Of a DNA stretch of 64,000 nucleotides, positions 12,081 to 25,258 are shown piece after piece; position 1 is the first letter of the stretch; every line of letters starts with the position of its first letter. The position numbers and the translations under genes were made by a program. Source of the stretch: Chlorokybus atmophyticus (lineage: Eukaryota > Plantae > Mesostigma and Chlorokybus algae); the NCBI GenBank assembly GCA_009103225.1, contig RHPI01001946.1, forward strand, positions 209,330 to 273,329, read 5' to 3'. The notes under the pieces are model-generated. The model had not been told where the DNA came from. It made no database searches and worked only from the letters and a program-made list of their open reading frames with translations.

Positions 12081-14074
12081 TGATCGATCTCTCCCCGCCC
12101 AGAGCGCTAGCGTAAAGGGCACTAGTGCCACTGATGCCTCGCGTTGGTTTGCCATCTCCCAATGGAGTGCGTTGCTGAACGGTAAGCCCGCTAACCCTTT
12201 CATGGCTGGTTCGTATGCTTGAAACTGCTCGACAGTGCACTCAGTGTCATGAGTCACGCATGTGGTCGTACTCAAGCACTTCATCCTTTACAGAACGCGG
12301 CATATACTCAGGCGCCACCAACGCGCCCATTGGGCAGGTCTCCATCATTGAGGTGGTTCCGCCACCCTCAGTGCATGCTCTCAAGGCTGGTGACGACATT
12401 GACTGCATCATAGAACAGGTGTGGCACAATCATATGTTTGTGAGCTTATTGATCTGCAATTAAGCCTTTTACTATGTCCACCAAGACATGTGTCTCTTTA
12501 GTGATGACATGCATATGCAGGTCATCTCGCCCAAGTACCGTGTCGATTACTACGGGCCCAATTTCAACATGCAAGCGCGCTGCTCAAGTGGGAGAACAGT
12601 TGGCGGCTGATGTACCGAGAAGTTGCGCTCAATACGCCTACTTTTTGTCAACACAGCTGGCAAGCTACTTCGCCAGCGGCCTCCAATGATACAAGTCAGT
12701 GAGCGAGTGGACATGCGGACGCTCACTGTCAGTGTTACCTGAACTTGCAGTTGCTACTCAGGTTGACCAGGCCAACCACGCGCAATTCTCAGTTACGGGC
12801 GGCCTTGGCTACCTCGCAATGACTTTTGCAGGCGTGAAGGGCTTCAAGAACCCGAAACTGGAAATGAGCTTCGATGGAACCTCTTGGAAGGTTGTGGACC
12901 AGTCTGTTCATGGCAAGGACTCCTGGCAGGTACAAGCAGAGTCTGGTGTTCGTTCAATACATGCCATCATTTGTGACCGCGCACAGTTGTTGGCTGTATG
13001 CATGCTATACAGTCCGCAAATCAGCAAGAAGAAGTGCTGATCTGCATGACAAGGACTGTGTAACACGAGCAACACATGAATGCAACTCGTCCCTGGTCTT
13101 GGACAGAACTCTCTGCCGTGTGCAGGCGGACTTTGAGCCTTCTGCCAGCACGTGGGAGCTGACCTTCAGCGTGTCTGCGAACAACGCGGGAGACGCATTG
13201 AAATCGCCTTGGTTCCGCTTCTCCATGCCAACAGCTGCAGTGCTCACTGGCATCCCAACCTGGAAGTGACAGCCAATCGCATGGCCAACATGTAAGCGCA
13301 TGACTTCAACTTGACTGATAAGTTGACTAACAAGTGCAGCTCATCAACCACGTCTTGCTTACTGATTTGAGGGACCTTTCAGACGCTGCTGTGGGACCTG
13401 CAGTGGATGCGACCATACTATGACTCATTCTGTATTAGATGCAGGCGTCCTGACAACTGATAGTAGGTGCACAGCAGTTAGGGTGGGACATGTTAGATTG
13501 GAGTGGTTGACAGGGTCGTTTCTTGCTGTACACGTGTCAATCAAATGTCTCTACAGCGAATCTACTGAACTGTCATTATGCATCATGCCTCCACACAAGG
13601 CATCATGCTTCAGAGGCATGATGCCTTGTGTAGAGAAGATGGCTACATACAACACGCCAGGCATGATGCCGTACGTGGAGAAGCTGGCTTGGATCGTCAT
13701 GTCATTAAACATATCATTATTTATGAAGCCGTATAGGTTGTCACAAAGTATGCCTTGCTTGCTATCATAGTATCCCCCACTCAACCCTTGATTACAAAGG
13801 AACGGAGGGGCTGGCTCAAAGTACATACTGTCACGATATGCCATGTGCAACTGCAACCCTGCCGAGAATGCGCTCGTTCACAGTGTACATGCAAACAGTC
13901 CGTTCCACAACATACAAGCACAACATGTACCAATATAGCAGTATAGGTACTGCTTATTTAGCGACGCCAGCATTCTACATACAAAGCTGCAGCACATGCA
14001 ATAGGGCAAGTGCGCACAACACTCTTCCTAATGCAATGTTACCTTAGCAACCAGCCGTGAAGGACACGAGCAGC

Positions 14075-14898
14075 CTAATAACGATACTTGGTTGAGTAAT
14101 CTTTAGGGGAAACCACTAGACCCCTGCCTTTGCGTGCGCCCCGATACACTGTTTCCACAATATCAATGAATTCCTGCCAAAGTATCACACATCAGTGCTC
14201 ATTGCAGCCACGCAGCTCCGGTAATGCTTCCATGACTGACAACTGCACGTATAAGTTCACCTGGTTTCAGCCAGACTTGTAAGAACTTGCGAAACCTGTT
14301 GTACACTACTACTGCACATACAACTCAACACTGCAGAGACTCTTACCTGCTTGTTGGTAAATGCCCAATTTATCTTGTTGTTGTTACCAGTTCCAAGATC
14401 GATCATGATGTGCTTGTTGCGGAAGAAGAACATAATCGTGCATGGATCGTACAACTCGTACATCGTGTTGAAGTCCGGAACCTGCAGAAGCGCACATATT
14501 CAGCTTCAGATCCGAATGGTTCATGCTATTCTTTTACGGAAACAGAGATAATTATTTTCTTTGCCAGTTTGCCAAACTCATGCTAATTATTGGCATTGAT
14601 ATGCTGCTGGTACCACAAACTGCAACCAATCCAACCAAGAGAATAATGAATGCTGTGACTTGTTGGAGAAAGACCTGTCACACGCGTAAAGAGGAAGCCT
14701 GACCTTGGTGATGTCAACGAGGTAGATCACTGCAAAATTCTTCACAGCGTCAGCGACGGCAGCGAGGACCTCGTCCATCTGCATGCACTGCTCGTCCCAG
14801 TCATGGCCGAACCGGATGATTACAACCCTGTCCTCCTCGCCCAGGATCGCCTGATCTACCGCCCAGCCGCTGTGCAAGTGCGGCAGCAGGTAGGACAT
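14075..14898 (-). CDS. DIM1: Thioredoxin-like U5 snRNP protein Dim1/YLS8/TXNL4A; 3 exons (14898-14704, 14481-14347, 14173-14075)
   Basis: Spliced translation MSYLLPHLHSGWAVDQAIL...VDITK|VPDFNTMYELYDPCTIMFFFRNKHIMIDLGTGNNNKINWA...|EFIDIVETVYRGARKGRGLVVSPKDYSTKYRY*, a near-invariant Dim1 sequence with GT-AG introns. Confidence 0.97.
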
Positions 14899-15347
14899 CC
14901 TTCCTCCTCCTGCTCCAACACCCTTCCTCTCCCACACAACCCTAACACCGCAAAACACGCCCCAGGTAACACCAGCTCCACAGCGCACGGCCGCCGCCTA
15001 GTCAGCACAACACCTCTCTGCAGCAGTATTACGCTCTTGACGTCGTGATTGTCGCCGCCGCAGCCGCCGTCAGCATCAACGATAGCAGCGATGGCCGGAC
15101 TGGGTCCAGGACTACACGCAGCTCAAGACGGCTTGTCACGAACCCTCCACGTGTATCAACGAATTGTTACTTGCCCGGTCGCCTTATCATAGTGCCGGGC
15201 AGTGCCCGGCGGGCACTGAGTGCCCCCCCGTTATGGTTTGCAATGTCATTTCACGGACGCAACCTGTACATAAAGTCCCGCACGCGATCAGACTGTGGCA
15301 GGTAAGCCTTAGCTAAGCCTCAAGGGCTGGGAACATAAGTGGGTAGC

Positions 15348-15374
15348 GTCGACTGTCGACAGTCGACCGTCGAC
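15348..15374. promoter_or_regulatory. (GTCGACN)x4 palindromic array in the divergent DIM1/MAP3K intergenic region
   Basis: GTCGAC occurs at 15348, 15355, 15362 and 15369; 15348-15367 is a perfect 20-bp palindrome. A regulatory role is inferred only from its position. Confidence 0.35.
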
Positions 15375-15705
15375 GTTCGGTCCAGACTGTCCAGACTGAG
15401 GCAAATCTTACGGCACGCGCGTACTAGTCGTTGAAAGCTTCGAATTCATGTAACAATCGGGCCGTTTGCAAGGTTGGAGCGCGCGCTGCGGGCTAGCTGT
15501 GAACAAACGCGGGTGGGCATCGTTCAGGTGTGCAGCTAGTTTGAGCTACAAGCGCAGCTGGCTGTGGCTGCGAGGGCTTTGGCTGGGGCGGCGGCGGCGG
15601 CGGCGGCGGCGGCTGAGGAGGCGGCTAAGGAGGGGGGTGGATAGCGGTGTCGATCAGGAGGCGTGTGATGTGGCCGCTCTCCGTCTCTGCTTGCTTTCTG
15701 TCGTG

Positions 15706-18700
15706 ATGTGGTTCAGCAAGGCGCTGGACAAGTGGAAGCGCAAGCAGAAGGCGAAAACCCTCAGGCGGCGGCTTGAAGCGCCGCCGGCACCGCCGCCGCC
15801 GGCTTTGGGAGCAGTGGGTGGACTTGGAAGGGGAGTTGGTGGTGGTGCTGGTTCATACCCCGTTGGGACATTGTACGTGCCGCAAGCCTCCCCACCGCTG
15901 TCACCTCCACGGCCCCCTCCTCCACAACGGCAGCCTCCCCCGCCGCCTGCTCCTGCCGCCGAGCCGCTCAAGGCTCTCCCTGCTGTGCCCCACACGGAAT
16001 ACGGGTTTGCTGACACTCCAAGGCAATCTGTAAGCAATGAGCCGTGCAACTGTTGTTCACATGCAGCACGTTTGTTCTTTTCTTGAATAAAACACAACAG
16101 TTGCTTATTATTTTACATCTGCATGGCATGCGCAAGAGAAGCACGCCAGTTACAGCAAGTACTTTTTGTGTCTTTGCGTGGCTCGCAATGTTGCTAGTAT
16201 TGCATACAGAGCACGAGCTTTGCTCAAATAGCAGCTGACCGGTCGCTGACTGTGATGCAATGCGAGTGTGAGTTTTTCTGGCATGTGTGTCTGCTTTTAC
16301 ACGCAAGAATTGTCCCGTTTCTTGCATAAAGCTATGTATAACCGAATGCATGCGTGTGCAGGAGCTGTATGACAGCTTCGATGAAAGGTACCAAGCGGAA
16401 GAGCGCGACGATGTCCCGGATCTACCGAGTGCAACACCGACCTTCTCTGTCTACCCAATACAGGTGCATGGACTGGCACACAGATACACGGCTACTGCTG
16501 TGTTTTTGAGAGAACTCAACACATGCTGACATGAGCGCATGTGCGTTTGCAGCAGGCTGCACCCTTGCCGCCGAAGCCTTTCAGATGGAGGAAAGGGGAC
16601 TGCATTGGCTCGGGGGCGTTTGGCCGAGTGTATAAGGCCATGAACGATGAGTCGGGGGAACTCATAGCCGTCAAGCAGGTATGCTCTATGTCCCGAGTGT
16701 TATACCATCAGTGACCAAGCATGAGCAGTGCACTGGTACAACACAGCACATTGTCGTTAACTTGGCTGTTGTGCAGGTGGTTGTGCCCATCAACAGCGCC
16801 ACTGACAGAGACAGAGCACAACAGGAGATGGCTGATTTTGAGAAGGAGGTCAACCTGTTGCGCACTTTTGATCACCCGAACATTGTGGTAAGGGTGCTTG
16901 CCGCAGCTCACGGAGCCAATGGGCTATCTTTTGTGCATTACATGCAATGACAGTCCGGGACTGGCGTGCAGCGTTACTTGGGCACAGAGAGACACGACAA
17001 CTGTATCAATATCTTCCTCGAGTTTGTTCCTGGTGGCTCTATAGCTTCCTTGCTATCGCAATTTCATCGCTTCAACGAAAAGGTAGCCCAGTTGGAATGT
17101 TGCTGCCTATACACAGCTGCTGGGGTTGGCATGCGCTGATGATGTTACAACAGGTGATCAGGTCGTACACTCGGCAGCTATTGCTCGGGCTTGAGTACCT
17201 GCACAAGCATGGTGTCATGCATCGTGACATCAAGGGTGCAAACATACTGGTGGACAAAGTCGGCGTCATAAAGCTTGCAGACTTTGGTGCATCCAAGAAG
17301 CTGCAGAATCTGGTATGTGGTCACATGGTTGCTTGTATAATATTTAGCATTCATCAAGGTACTAAGCGCATCCCCAATACAGGTTACCATAGCAGAAGGT
17401 GTAAAGTCTATCAAAGGTACCCCCTACTGGATGGCGCCAGAAGTCATCAAACAGGAGGGCCATGGCCGGCAAGCAGACATATGGAGTGTCGCATGTACAG
17501 TGATTGAAATGGCGACCGGCAAGCCACCATGGAGTCAATATGAATCTCAAGTACGCAAGTCAGCTCTTTAAATGCAACAACTCTGTGCTCTGGTATGGGC
17601 TATGTTATGAATGGCTGCCTGTTGTTGCAGGTGGCGGCTCTTTTCCGCATAGCTCAGGATACAGAACCACCACCGTTTCCAGAGTATTTATCAGCGGAGG
17701 GCAAGGACTTCTTGCTGAAATGCTTCAACAGGTCGGTAGTACTCTCTGGTGCAAAGGGAGTTGCATCGTTGTTGTGTGCACAGCACTTCCATCAGTAATT
17801 TGTCATTTGCAAGTGAGTGACTGTGTCAACAACAGGATCCCAAAAGACCGTCCTACAGCAACAGAGCTGCTGAGGGTTCGTGCGTGTTGGGAAGGACCTG
17901 CCTGCATGTGGGGCATCTTGTGGAACAATCTTAACAAACATGTCTTCCTTTTGCAGCATCCCTTCATCACCAATTCCTTGCCTGAATTGGATCGCAATGA
18001 CAGTCTACCAAAGCGAGTTACTCCCCACCCATCCCCTGTAAGCGGTGCCTGCGGCATCTGCAGGTGTTGTTACTCATCAATCGTGTGTTGTTGCTGATCA
18101 CCTTCAGTTGTATGCAGAGCACCGATCGCAGTTCTGCACGCAGCGGTCACAGCACCAGCCTCACTCAAAGCACATCCGGAACGGGCACGGCACTTCAGTA
18201 AGTGTCCACAGCAGCATATCGCACGTGTTTAGTCAGCATAGCTTTGGAATCAGCTTGTATCATAGTTGGACATTGCAATGTGTATTGCTGACTCTACACG
18301 TGTCATTTATCTATGTCAAGGCTGCAGTGGGTGTTACTAATGTCTACATCTTGTTACATGGTTGTTGCTTAAACTGTGTCCGTTTACTTGCATGCTGATA
18401 TGTACTAAATGAATCACATTGCAGGTTCAACTCTACTAGCACAGATAGTGGAGCATCTGCAGCAGATCTTAAGGATCTCAAGGCACGGTTGCTCACCCAA
18501 ACGCCACATGTGGATGCGCAAGGTGCGCACCAGCAGCGCAGCAGAGGACCTTCACCAGCACCATCTCCTAGGTGTAAAACTCCAATCCCCACCATTGCAA
18601 TATCAGCTCCGCCTCCTGCTCACCAAAGTGGCGAATACGGTGCTGGTGACTCGTATGAAGGCATGCACGACACGCTGGTGGGTTGTTTTGTGGTCATGCA

Positions 18701-19866
18701 CCGACAAACAGTCACTGCGATGCATTTGCGATGTGCTCAATCTCAGATGCTTGTTGTTCTTCAGAATATGTTGAATCCAGTTGCCGAGGGGACTGTGGAC
18801 ATCCACCACTTTGATCACCTCGCATATCCTGTCAAGACAGATCCAAACTATGCAGACACACTGGTAAAGTGCACTGCTTGCCAAGAAGTGAGTAGACCTC
18901 TTGCATGACTTGCGAACTGTGATTGGTTATTGCAGATGGATATCAACCCCATCATGGAGCCAAGCTACGCTGGTGGAAACATAAGCATGTGGAATGCTAT
19001 TGCTGCACACAGCAACAAGGAGAATGTAGAAGAGACCAGACGCTCAGGGCCCAGCACACTGCACAATGATTCAAACGCAACTGAAAACAGCATCTTAGAC
19101 TTCATCAAGATTAAGGTGATGGGTGAGGACTTGTTTCATGCCGTGCACATGTTGCTGACATTAACATACCACAGGTCACAGAACAATTTGGAACTGTACA
19201 AGCTTCTGGTGAGCAGCAGATGCAGTCAGAGGCTCCTGTGTTGAGACGGCAGCTGAGTGGTGTGTCTGGTACGTATCAATTCATCATGTTTGCGGTGCAC
19301 TTCGTAAAGCTTACAGTGTAGCTATATAAGTATTCTCCTGGACTGGATACAGCATGCCATGTGTGTGTAGCATGTGAAGCTGACTATTGTTACCACCATA
19401 GCATCTGACATGTCTATTGTGCGTGAACAGCGCCCTCAACGCCAACAAGGCCGCCAGCAGGTCCAGTGTACAGAGTAATGGGCAACGGAGGTGGGGGAGG
19501 CTCAAACTTGCCGTCGCCAATGGCTGAGACACCAGTGAATTTGCTGAGTGGACGTACAGCGCAACGCACCGGGGGTGCTGTGGTCGATGACAGCAGGCGC
19601 AGCAAGCAGGAAGAGTGGAACAAGGACCTGCAAGACTTGCTGCAACTCAAACGAGGTACGTGGTGGTTGTTGTGTATCTTACCTGTGTGCCGAACAATGG
19701 AGCAGTTTACAGAGTTGTCACCATGTGTTGGAGCTTGTCTGACATTGCCGCTGTACTTTTGTGCACAGTTGAACGGTCTGCACGCAAGCCGGAACAGCCA
19801 CCGCAGGTACCAATACAGAGGCAAAGCAGTGTACCGCAAAGTGGACCACGTCGAGCATTGTTTTAG
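15706..19866 (+). CDS. NPK1: MAP kinase kinase kinase, NPK1/ANP-like (multi-exon)
   Basis: Pro-rich N-terminus. Spliced kinase motifs: [91 protein letters not shown]. The C-terminal [17 protein letters not shown] resembles the ANP/NPK1 coiled coil. Orthology is not phylogenetically tested. Confidence 0.9.
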
Positions 19867-21749
19867 CAGCAGTTTGTATGCAGCAGGCAGTAGGCAGTTG
19901 TGAGCGATGGTGGCGTTGTAGTAGACATTACTTAAGTTGGTTTTACATGCTGGGGACACCAGCATGGTGTTCATAATATTCAATCCCCTGATGGCGTTAT
20001 ACCAAAGTCACAATATTACATACCATTCTGTTGATCGTGTTTATATAAAGCTGCACTGGTTAGTCCTAATTGGCTCACCAATCTCTTGACGCCTAGTAAT
20101 AGAACCACTGCTTGTCCCCCATATATGCCGACGCACAGGCAGATAAGATAGGTACGTGTGCTGGCTTGCAGTCGCATGTACAAACAATGCGGGGCGTGCT
20201 TGCTCATGCATCGTGTCATACATATGTCACCAAGCACACAGCATACAGCAGGCGCACATCCTCACAGATGTTCAACCACCAGGCTATACTACCCCATCTA
20301 GGCTAACAACTACACCACCACCCCGTTGTTCATGCAAGCGTGCATGCAGCAAAATGTAGTTATCTGTACCAGCACGAGCGTGTGACTTTGTGTTGATGCA
20401 CGCGCACTCAGGCATAGCGTCCACATATGTATGCAATAGCGCACTATCGAAATTGACGTATTCGTGCATGATATTGCGATTCATATGCGCTATTGTTACA
20501 ATGGTGCGAGCGCAAATAATATAATCGTACCAATGAGGCTTGTTAGTGACATGCTGTTTGCGTGCATCGCATTGAACATTCAACAATGATATAAATGGTA
20601 GCACTTTACACTACCAATATCAGCAAGAATATAATAGCAATCCGTATTTAGTATAGATTGACATGTATGCATATCACATACACAATATGGTACGCATGTT
20701 GTGTCAATCATCATATAATTGACTACTCACATAGGGTATAGAAATCAAATCAAATTGAATCATCAGAGACATTCCCTCAAGCATGGATTAGCACACACGC
20801 ACACGCACAGTCACACCACCAGACGCACTTAGAGAATCGTCATATCCAAACTGTTACGCATTGCAATTCACAAGTAGTGCGCAAGTCACGAGGTACAAAA
20901 AACCGCTTGCAATGGTATACTCACATATGAAGCACACTATCGTGCCTTCTTTCTCATATATTTTTATGCAACCTGTTTGCGTGATGGCAAATATGATACT
21001 TCACGTGTGCGAAACGTGTATATATAATCTCTTATTGCATTTGAACCATGCAACACAGCAGTGTACATATCTACTGGCAATGAAATAAAAGGGCATGGGG
21101 CCGCGTCGTAAAATGGAGTATTCAATTTTTAGGTTGCCGGACATGATTACCGGTAATGACTCCGAACAATTGATAATCATTTTCCATTAGAAGCTATATC
21201 TTTCACCGTAATCTTGATTTTAGATTACAGTTGACGGTTCGGCAAACACCTACAAAGGCACTACACGCTATTAGATATACGGATTGTATCGGTGGGGAGC
21301 ATGCGATATCATATGGCATCCGGTGCTCGCTACATGTTCGAATGATCATGCTGTGTGGCATGTGCTCTTATGCTCATGTTGCTATGTCCGCGTGATCATG
21401 TGGCCGCATAACCTTAACCCTAGCCAATAACGCCTACAGCCTTTTGCTTGGCTATTCTGCCCGTTACAAGGGTACAAGACCAACTGCAGCACATATATAG
21501 CGGTTGTGGAGGCGGGGCTGTAAAGCATTGTCAAGTCCACATTCAAATTGTCCGTGTCGTGGCTTTGCTAGCTGTTTCAAAGCGGGGATGTTCAAACCTG
21601 TGCCTGTGCTTCTGCCCTCCCCTCCCTGCGCTATCACTGCTCGTCGAAAGTATATATGTGAGCTGACGTCAGCTCCCTCCGCACCGTTCAACCTTGCACA
21701 CAGCCCACCCTCTAGCCTTAAGTAATGGTTGGTTGCTAGCCATGACTTG

Positions 21750-23330
21750 AGCGTGTGCTTGTTGCTGTCCCATTGCCTTTGCCTGCTTGCTGCTTGGATT
21801 ATATACCATATACAGTCAAAGCAGCTATTACCGTATGTGTTCCAGCAGTTTGCAAAGGCTTGTATGAGTTTGCGGACGCAAAGCATTGCCAGCTACAACA
21901 ACCTGGGGCCTTGAAACCTTGGGTGCAAGCGGTGATCAAAGAGGTGATGTCCAATGTCACTGTGCGCTTGCATGTCATGCCTATCACTAACTTGCAGCAG
22001 TGCAAGCTGTACACAGTTGCGCAACTTCGCTTGAATCCAACATCAATACTGCAACAACACTTTGTTATCACGAAAGTAGATTAGTGCTCTATCACTTTCG
22101 TGGTTGTATGGAAGGCTTAATATTTGTCTGCCTTGCATGCGGAACTGCAAACGTCGACTTATACACTGCAAGTTGACAGCTCGCAGGACATACTACGGAG
22201 ACACAAAGCTTTTAACGATGAGCATGCGTTTGTCTCGGCACCAATTGGATGCGCACCACGCTTGCCACACCTATCCCTCACCATGAAGTTGCACAAAGCT
22301 CTATTAGCAACGCTTTATGTTGCTGCCTTTGACTCTACCCTGACTGATGCTAGCACTTGGCTAACAAGGGTGTACAAGCAGATTTCTGATGTGCTTGATA
22401 TGTTATGGCAAGATGCCACATGCATCTCACAAGCGCGCCACAGCTGAATTCTAAAGGACTTACTAAGATTTGCCCGTCTTTGCTAACAATTGAACACTAC
22501 CAGAACCACCGAAAAAAAGGAACAGCCGCTGCACTAGCCACCTTTGATCTTACGGCGTTGTACACCAAGCTGCAGCAACATGACCTATGGCAACGCATGT
22601 GTGAGTTGGTGGATATGGTGTTGGCAAGAATGCACACATTGCACCGCGCAACACATCTGCATATCATGGTGGTGAAAGGGTGCTGTCGCACAAGTGGGTA
22701 TGCAGAGATACAGTTACAACTACTGAGGGCACAACACGCACTTTCAAGCCAACGCAATTGCATGCACTATTGCGGTTTGTATTGGATAACTTGTTTGTGC
22801 AGACGTCCACTGATACTGTGCACAGACAATGCATTTAGGATTTTGATGGGGAATCTTGCAGGCGTCTACCTAGCTAACAACACGCTGTTCACCTATGACT
22901 TGGACTTCATTCAACGCGTGAAGGCTTTGGGTGACCCTAATTTATTGCTGCGCTTTGCAACATGCATTGTGCGTATGATGACAACTTGTTTGTGGCTGGC
23001 ATCCATAAGTTTGAGCAAGCACTGTATCTGTCATCTGATGCTTTGCCTGGGGGTTTGTATCCCCAACAGATGCTGACGGTCACTTAGTCAGCAGGAAACG
23101 CAATGCCGTTCTTAGGCTTATGTGTCTTTCAGACCAAGATCATTGAAGTCTGCACCAAGGTCTACAACAAGCGATTACAAACGGCGTATCAGGGTGTGCC
23201 AGTGCGAAGGGCCCCCCACCCGCATTCCAACATTGTAAGATCAACTAAAGAGGGAGTTGTCGTGTCATAGTGCATTTGTTTTCTCCACATTTCCACCTAC
23301 CGCTCACATTTCTTGTCGGAAATGGTGGTG
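21750..23330 (+). mobile_element. Degenerate Penelope-like retroelement reverse transcriptase
   Basis: Motif fragments lie in order across frameshifts: FVITKVD, YLSALHAEL, LPHLSLTMKLHK, TFDLTALYTKL (RT motif A), ILMGNLAGVYLANNTLFTY (motif B), YDD (~22970), PFLGL, and KVYNKR...PHPHSNI...GVVVS*..FLHIST (PLE-type thumb). Multiple stops and indels. Confidence 0.75.
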
Positions 23331-25258
23331 CTGCTGATTGCTATGTGTGCTGATGGACACAATCAACAACAATTGTTACGAAGGTTGCGGGGTAAGCTGT
23401 GGAGCATGCAAAGACAGGCTTATGACACAAACTACAAATAAGTGTATAACATGATGCTGCAACGTTTGGGGATTGGCAGCGCAAGCAATGATAGGTAAGT
23501 ACAGGTGAGTTTTGGGTAAGTACGGTGTGGGGAGCAGATACATTGCTCGCATACATGTTAGGCCACTGCCTGCTAGACTCGCTACTTCTCACTTAGGATG
23601 CTACTATGCTACTTGTGCTAATGCCCATGCTATAGACCACAATGCCTACGTGATGCACTGCCCTGCTGTGCAATTCACACTAGTATTGCACTGGGCGTTC
23701 CAACTGGACAATGCAGCCGTTGTGAGTGCCAGCGGAGACACTAGCGGCTACTAAAGTATTGGTGGCGGCTGCTGGAGATGTGGCCGTAGCTGTTGTTGAG
23801 TCCAAGTCGTGCTTGCTGCTGCGTGGTGTGAACGCGGCTGACGCGCTCCTGCTGGTGCTGGCAGGTGATCCCAAGTCCTTGCTGCTGTTCTCCCCCTCCC
23901 CTAACCCCCTCCCTTTCTCGCTTGCTGCTAGCTAGTGCATATAGCTAGCATAGAGGCCCCCCCATCCTATGTTGTTGCAGCTGCTATGCTGTATGCTGCA
24001 TTGGCTCTGCTGCTTGTACTGCAATCTACCTTGCACTAGCTCACGACCCCTCGATTATTGTGTCTTATACATCGTGCACAGCAGATACATATTGTGGTCA
24101 AATCTGATTGCATTGCGCATGGTAAGCTACGATGTGGCTGGCTCTGTAAGAAGATTGTTTCTGTTGTTCAGAGCCACTTTACAAGCAAACATACGTAAAA
24201 AATCCAAAGTGGCTGCTATGAGCCATCTGATTTTAGTGTTCCGGTTGACAATCGGAACACTAACAAAGGCGGGGCTGTGATTGAGCCTACGATCGCGGGG
24301 GCTCACGGGCGCTGGATTAGATCACGCCGGTCGTGGAGAGCTTCATTGACTGTTTGCAAGCCCCTTGTCAATGATGTGTGTGTGTGGGTTCAGGGACCCA
24401 TGATTACACCAATGGACCCTCAAAAGCTGCGTGCATGGCGATGACGCGTCCACGTCAGTTAGGCTGCGTCCCCGCGGCCCATCCTGACACGTCCGATCGA
24501 TCCGCTTTCCTCTTCGCGCGCTGCAGATCGGCGCCAAGCTAGGTCCCAGGACAGGCCTCGTTTACCAGAGTCGACGGATTCCACATGAAGTCGTGCTTAG
24601 GACCAGCGTTCCAACCATATCTCTGCTTTAGGACGGACAGTAGATTCATCTTAGGCTGGCGACGGTTCGGCCAGCGTACATCAAAAGCAAGAGCCAACCG
24701 CACTCCGACGCAAACTGCCCCAGTCACCAACTTCTTACGCGAAAGGACGAATGAATCACAGCTGATTCACGACACTGCCTCAGCCCCTGATTTAGATCAC
24801 AGCTCAATCGATTTCCTACCAAGCCTCCGAATCACTGAATCTCCGTCACTGAGTCGAAATCTCCCGATGCACTGAGTGAATCATCGACTGAATCAGTTGA
24901 AGTGGTGACTGAGGCACCAGCCTAAGGCGCAACGGCCAACTAAGCGTCCACAAGCAGCCGCGGTTGCAACTTGCTGTGGTGGTGTCGTTGAGCTCGGCGG
25001 CGGCGGTGTTTGAGGCGGTGGCGGTCGTGTGTTGGGTTTGCTTTGCTAGATAAACTCAGCTGCGGCGTCAAACAGAGTTCTGTGTGATTGTTTTCTTGCT
25101 GGGTTGTTGTGCGGTTGGAAGCTCCGGATCGGAGAATAGTGTACCGACAAGCCTTTGAGGGTGAGGGAGGCTTCGAGGGTGCCAGCTGCGTACAAGCGTG
25201 TAAGGGCTTTGAGAGCCTTCTACAGAGTTCATCAAGCTCTTTCTCCACCCTTCCAGAC

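Larger units (their letters stand above)
5035..13423 (+). pseudogene. Copy A of the uncharacterised ~900-aa secreted protein family (pseudogene, interrupted by a 3.6-kb insertion)
   Basis: Exons are collinear with the copies at 46.9-52.9 kb and 57.7-62.4 kb (DYAYMYWKNG, WPDRVAF, MPLGDQRLNRIERV, YAGKSEDSKMKI, GGLGYLAMTF, DFEPSASTWELTFSVS, final AAVGPAVDATIL*). Lesions: TAG at 5446-5448, frameshifts near 5460, 6020 and 11000, TAA at 10864-10866, a lost AG acceptor near 11625, and the insertion at 6914-10502. Confidence 0.88.

Noticed and set aside
20861-21088. VY-x12-YIF as a possible GIY-YIG remnant upstream of the PLE RT
   Set aside because: The match is too weak and lacks the downstream Arg/His/Glu/Asn motifs.
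23060-23105. CTGACGG...GAAAC as a hammerhead ribozyme
   Set aside because: The core is not CUGANGA, flanking stems are not evident, and it lies within RT coding sequence.
23680-23935. Ala/Ser-rich ORFs on both strands after the PLE
   Set aside because: Low-complexity sequence with no ATG-initiated frame or spliceable downstream exons identified.
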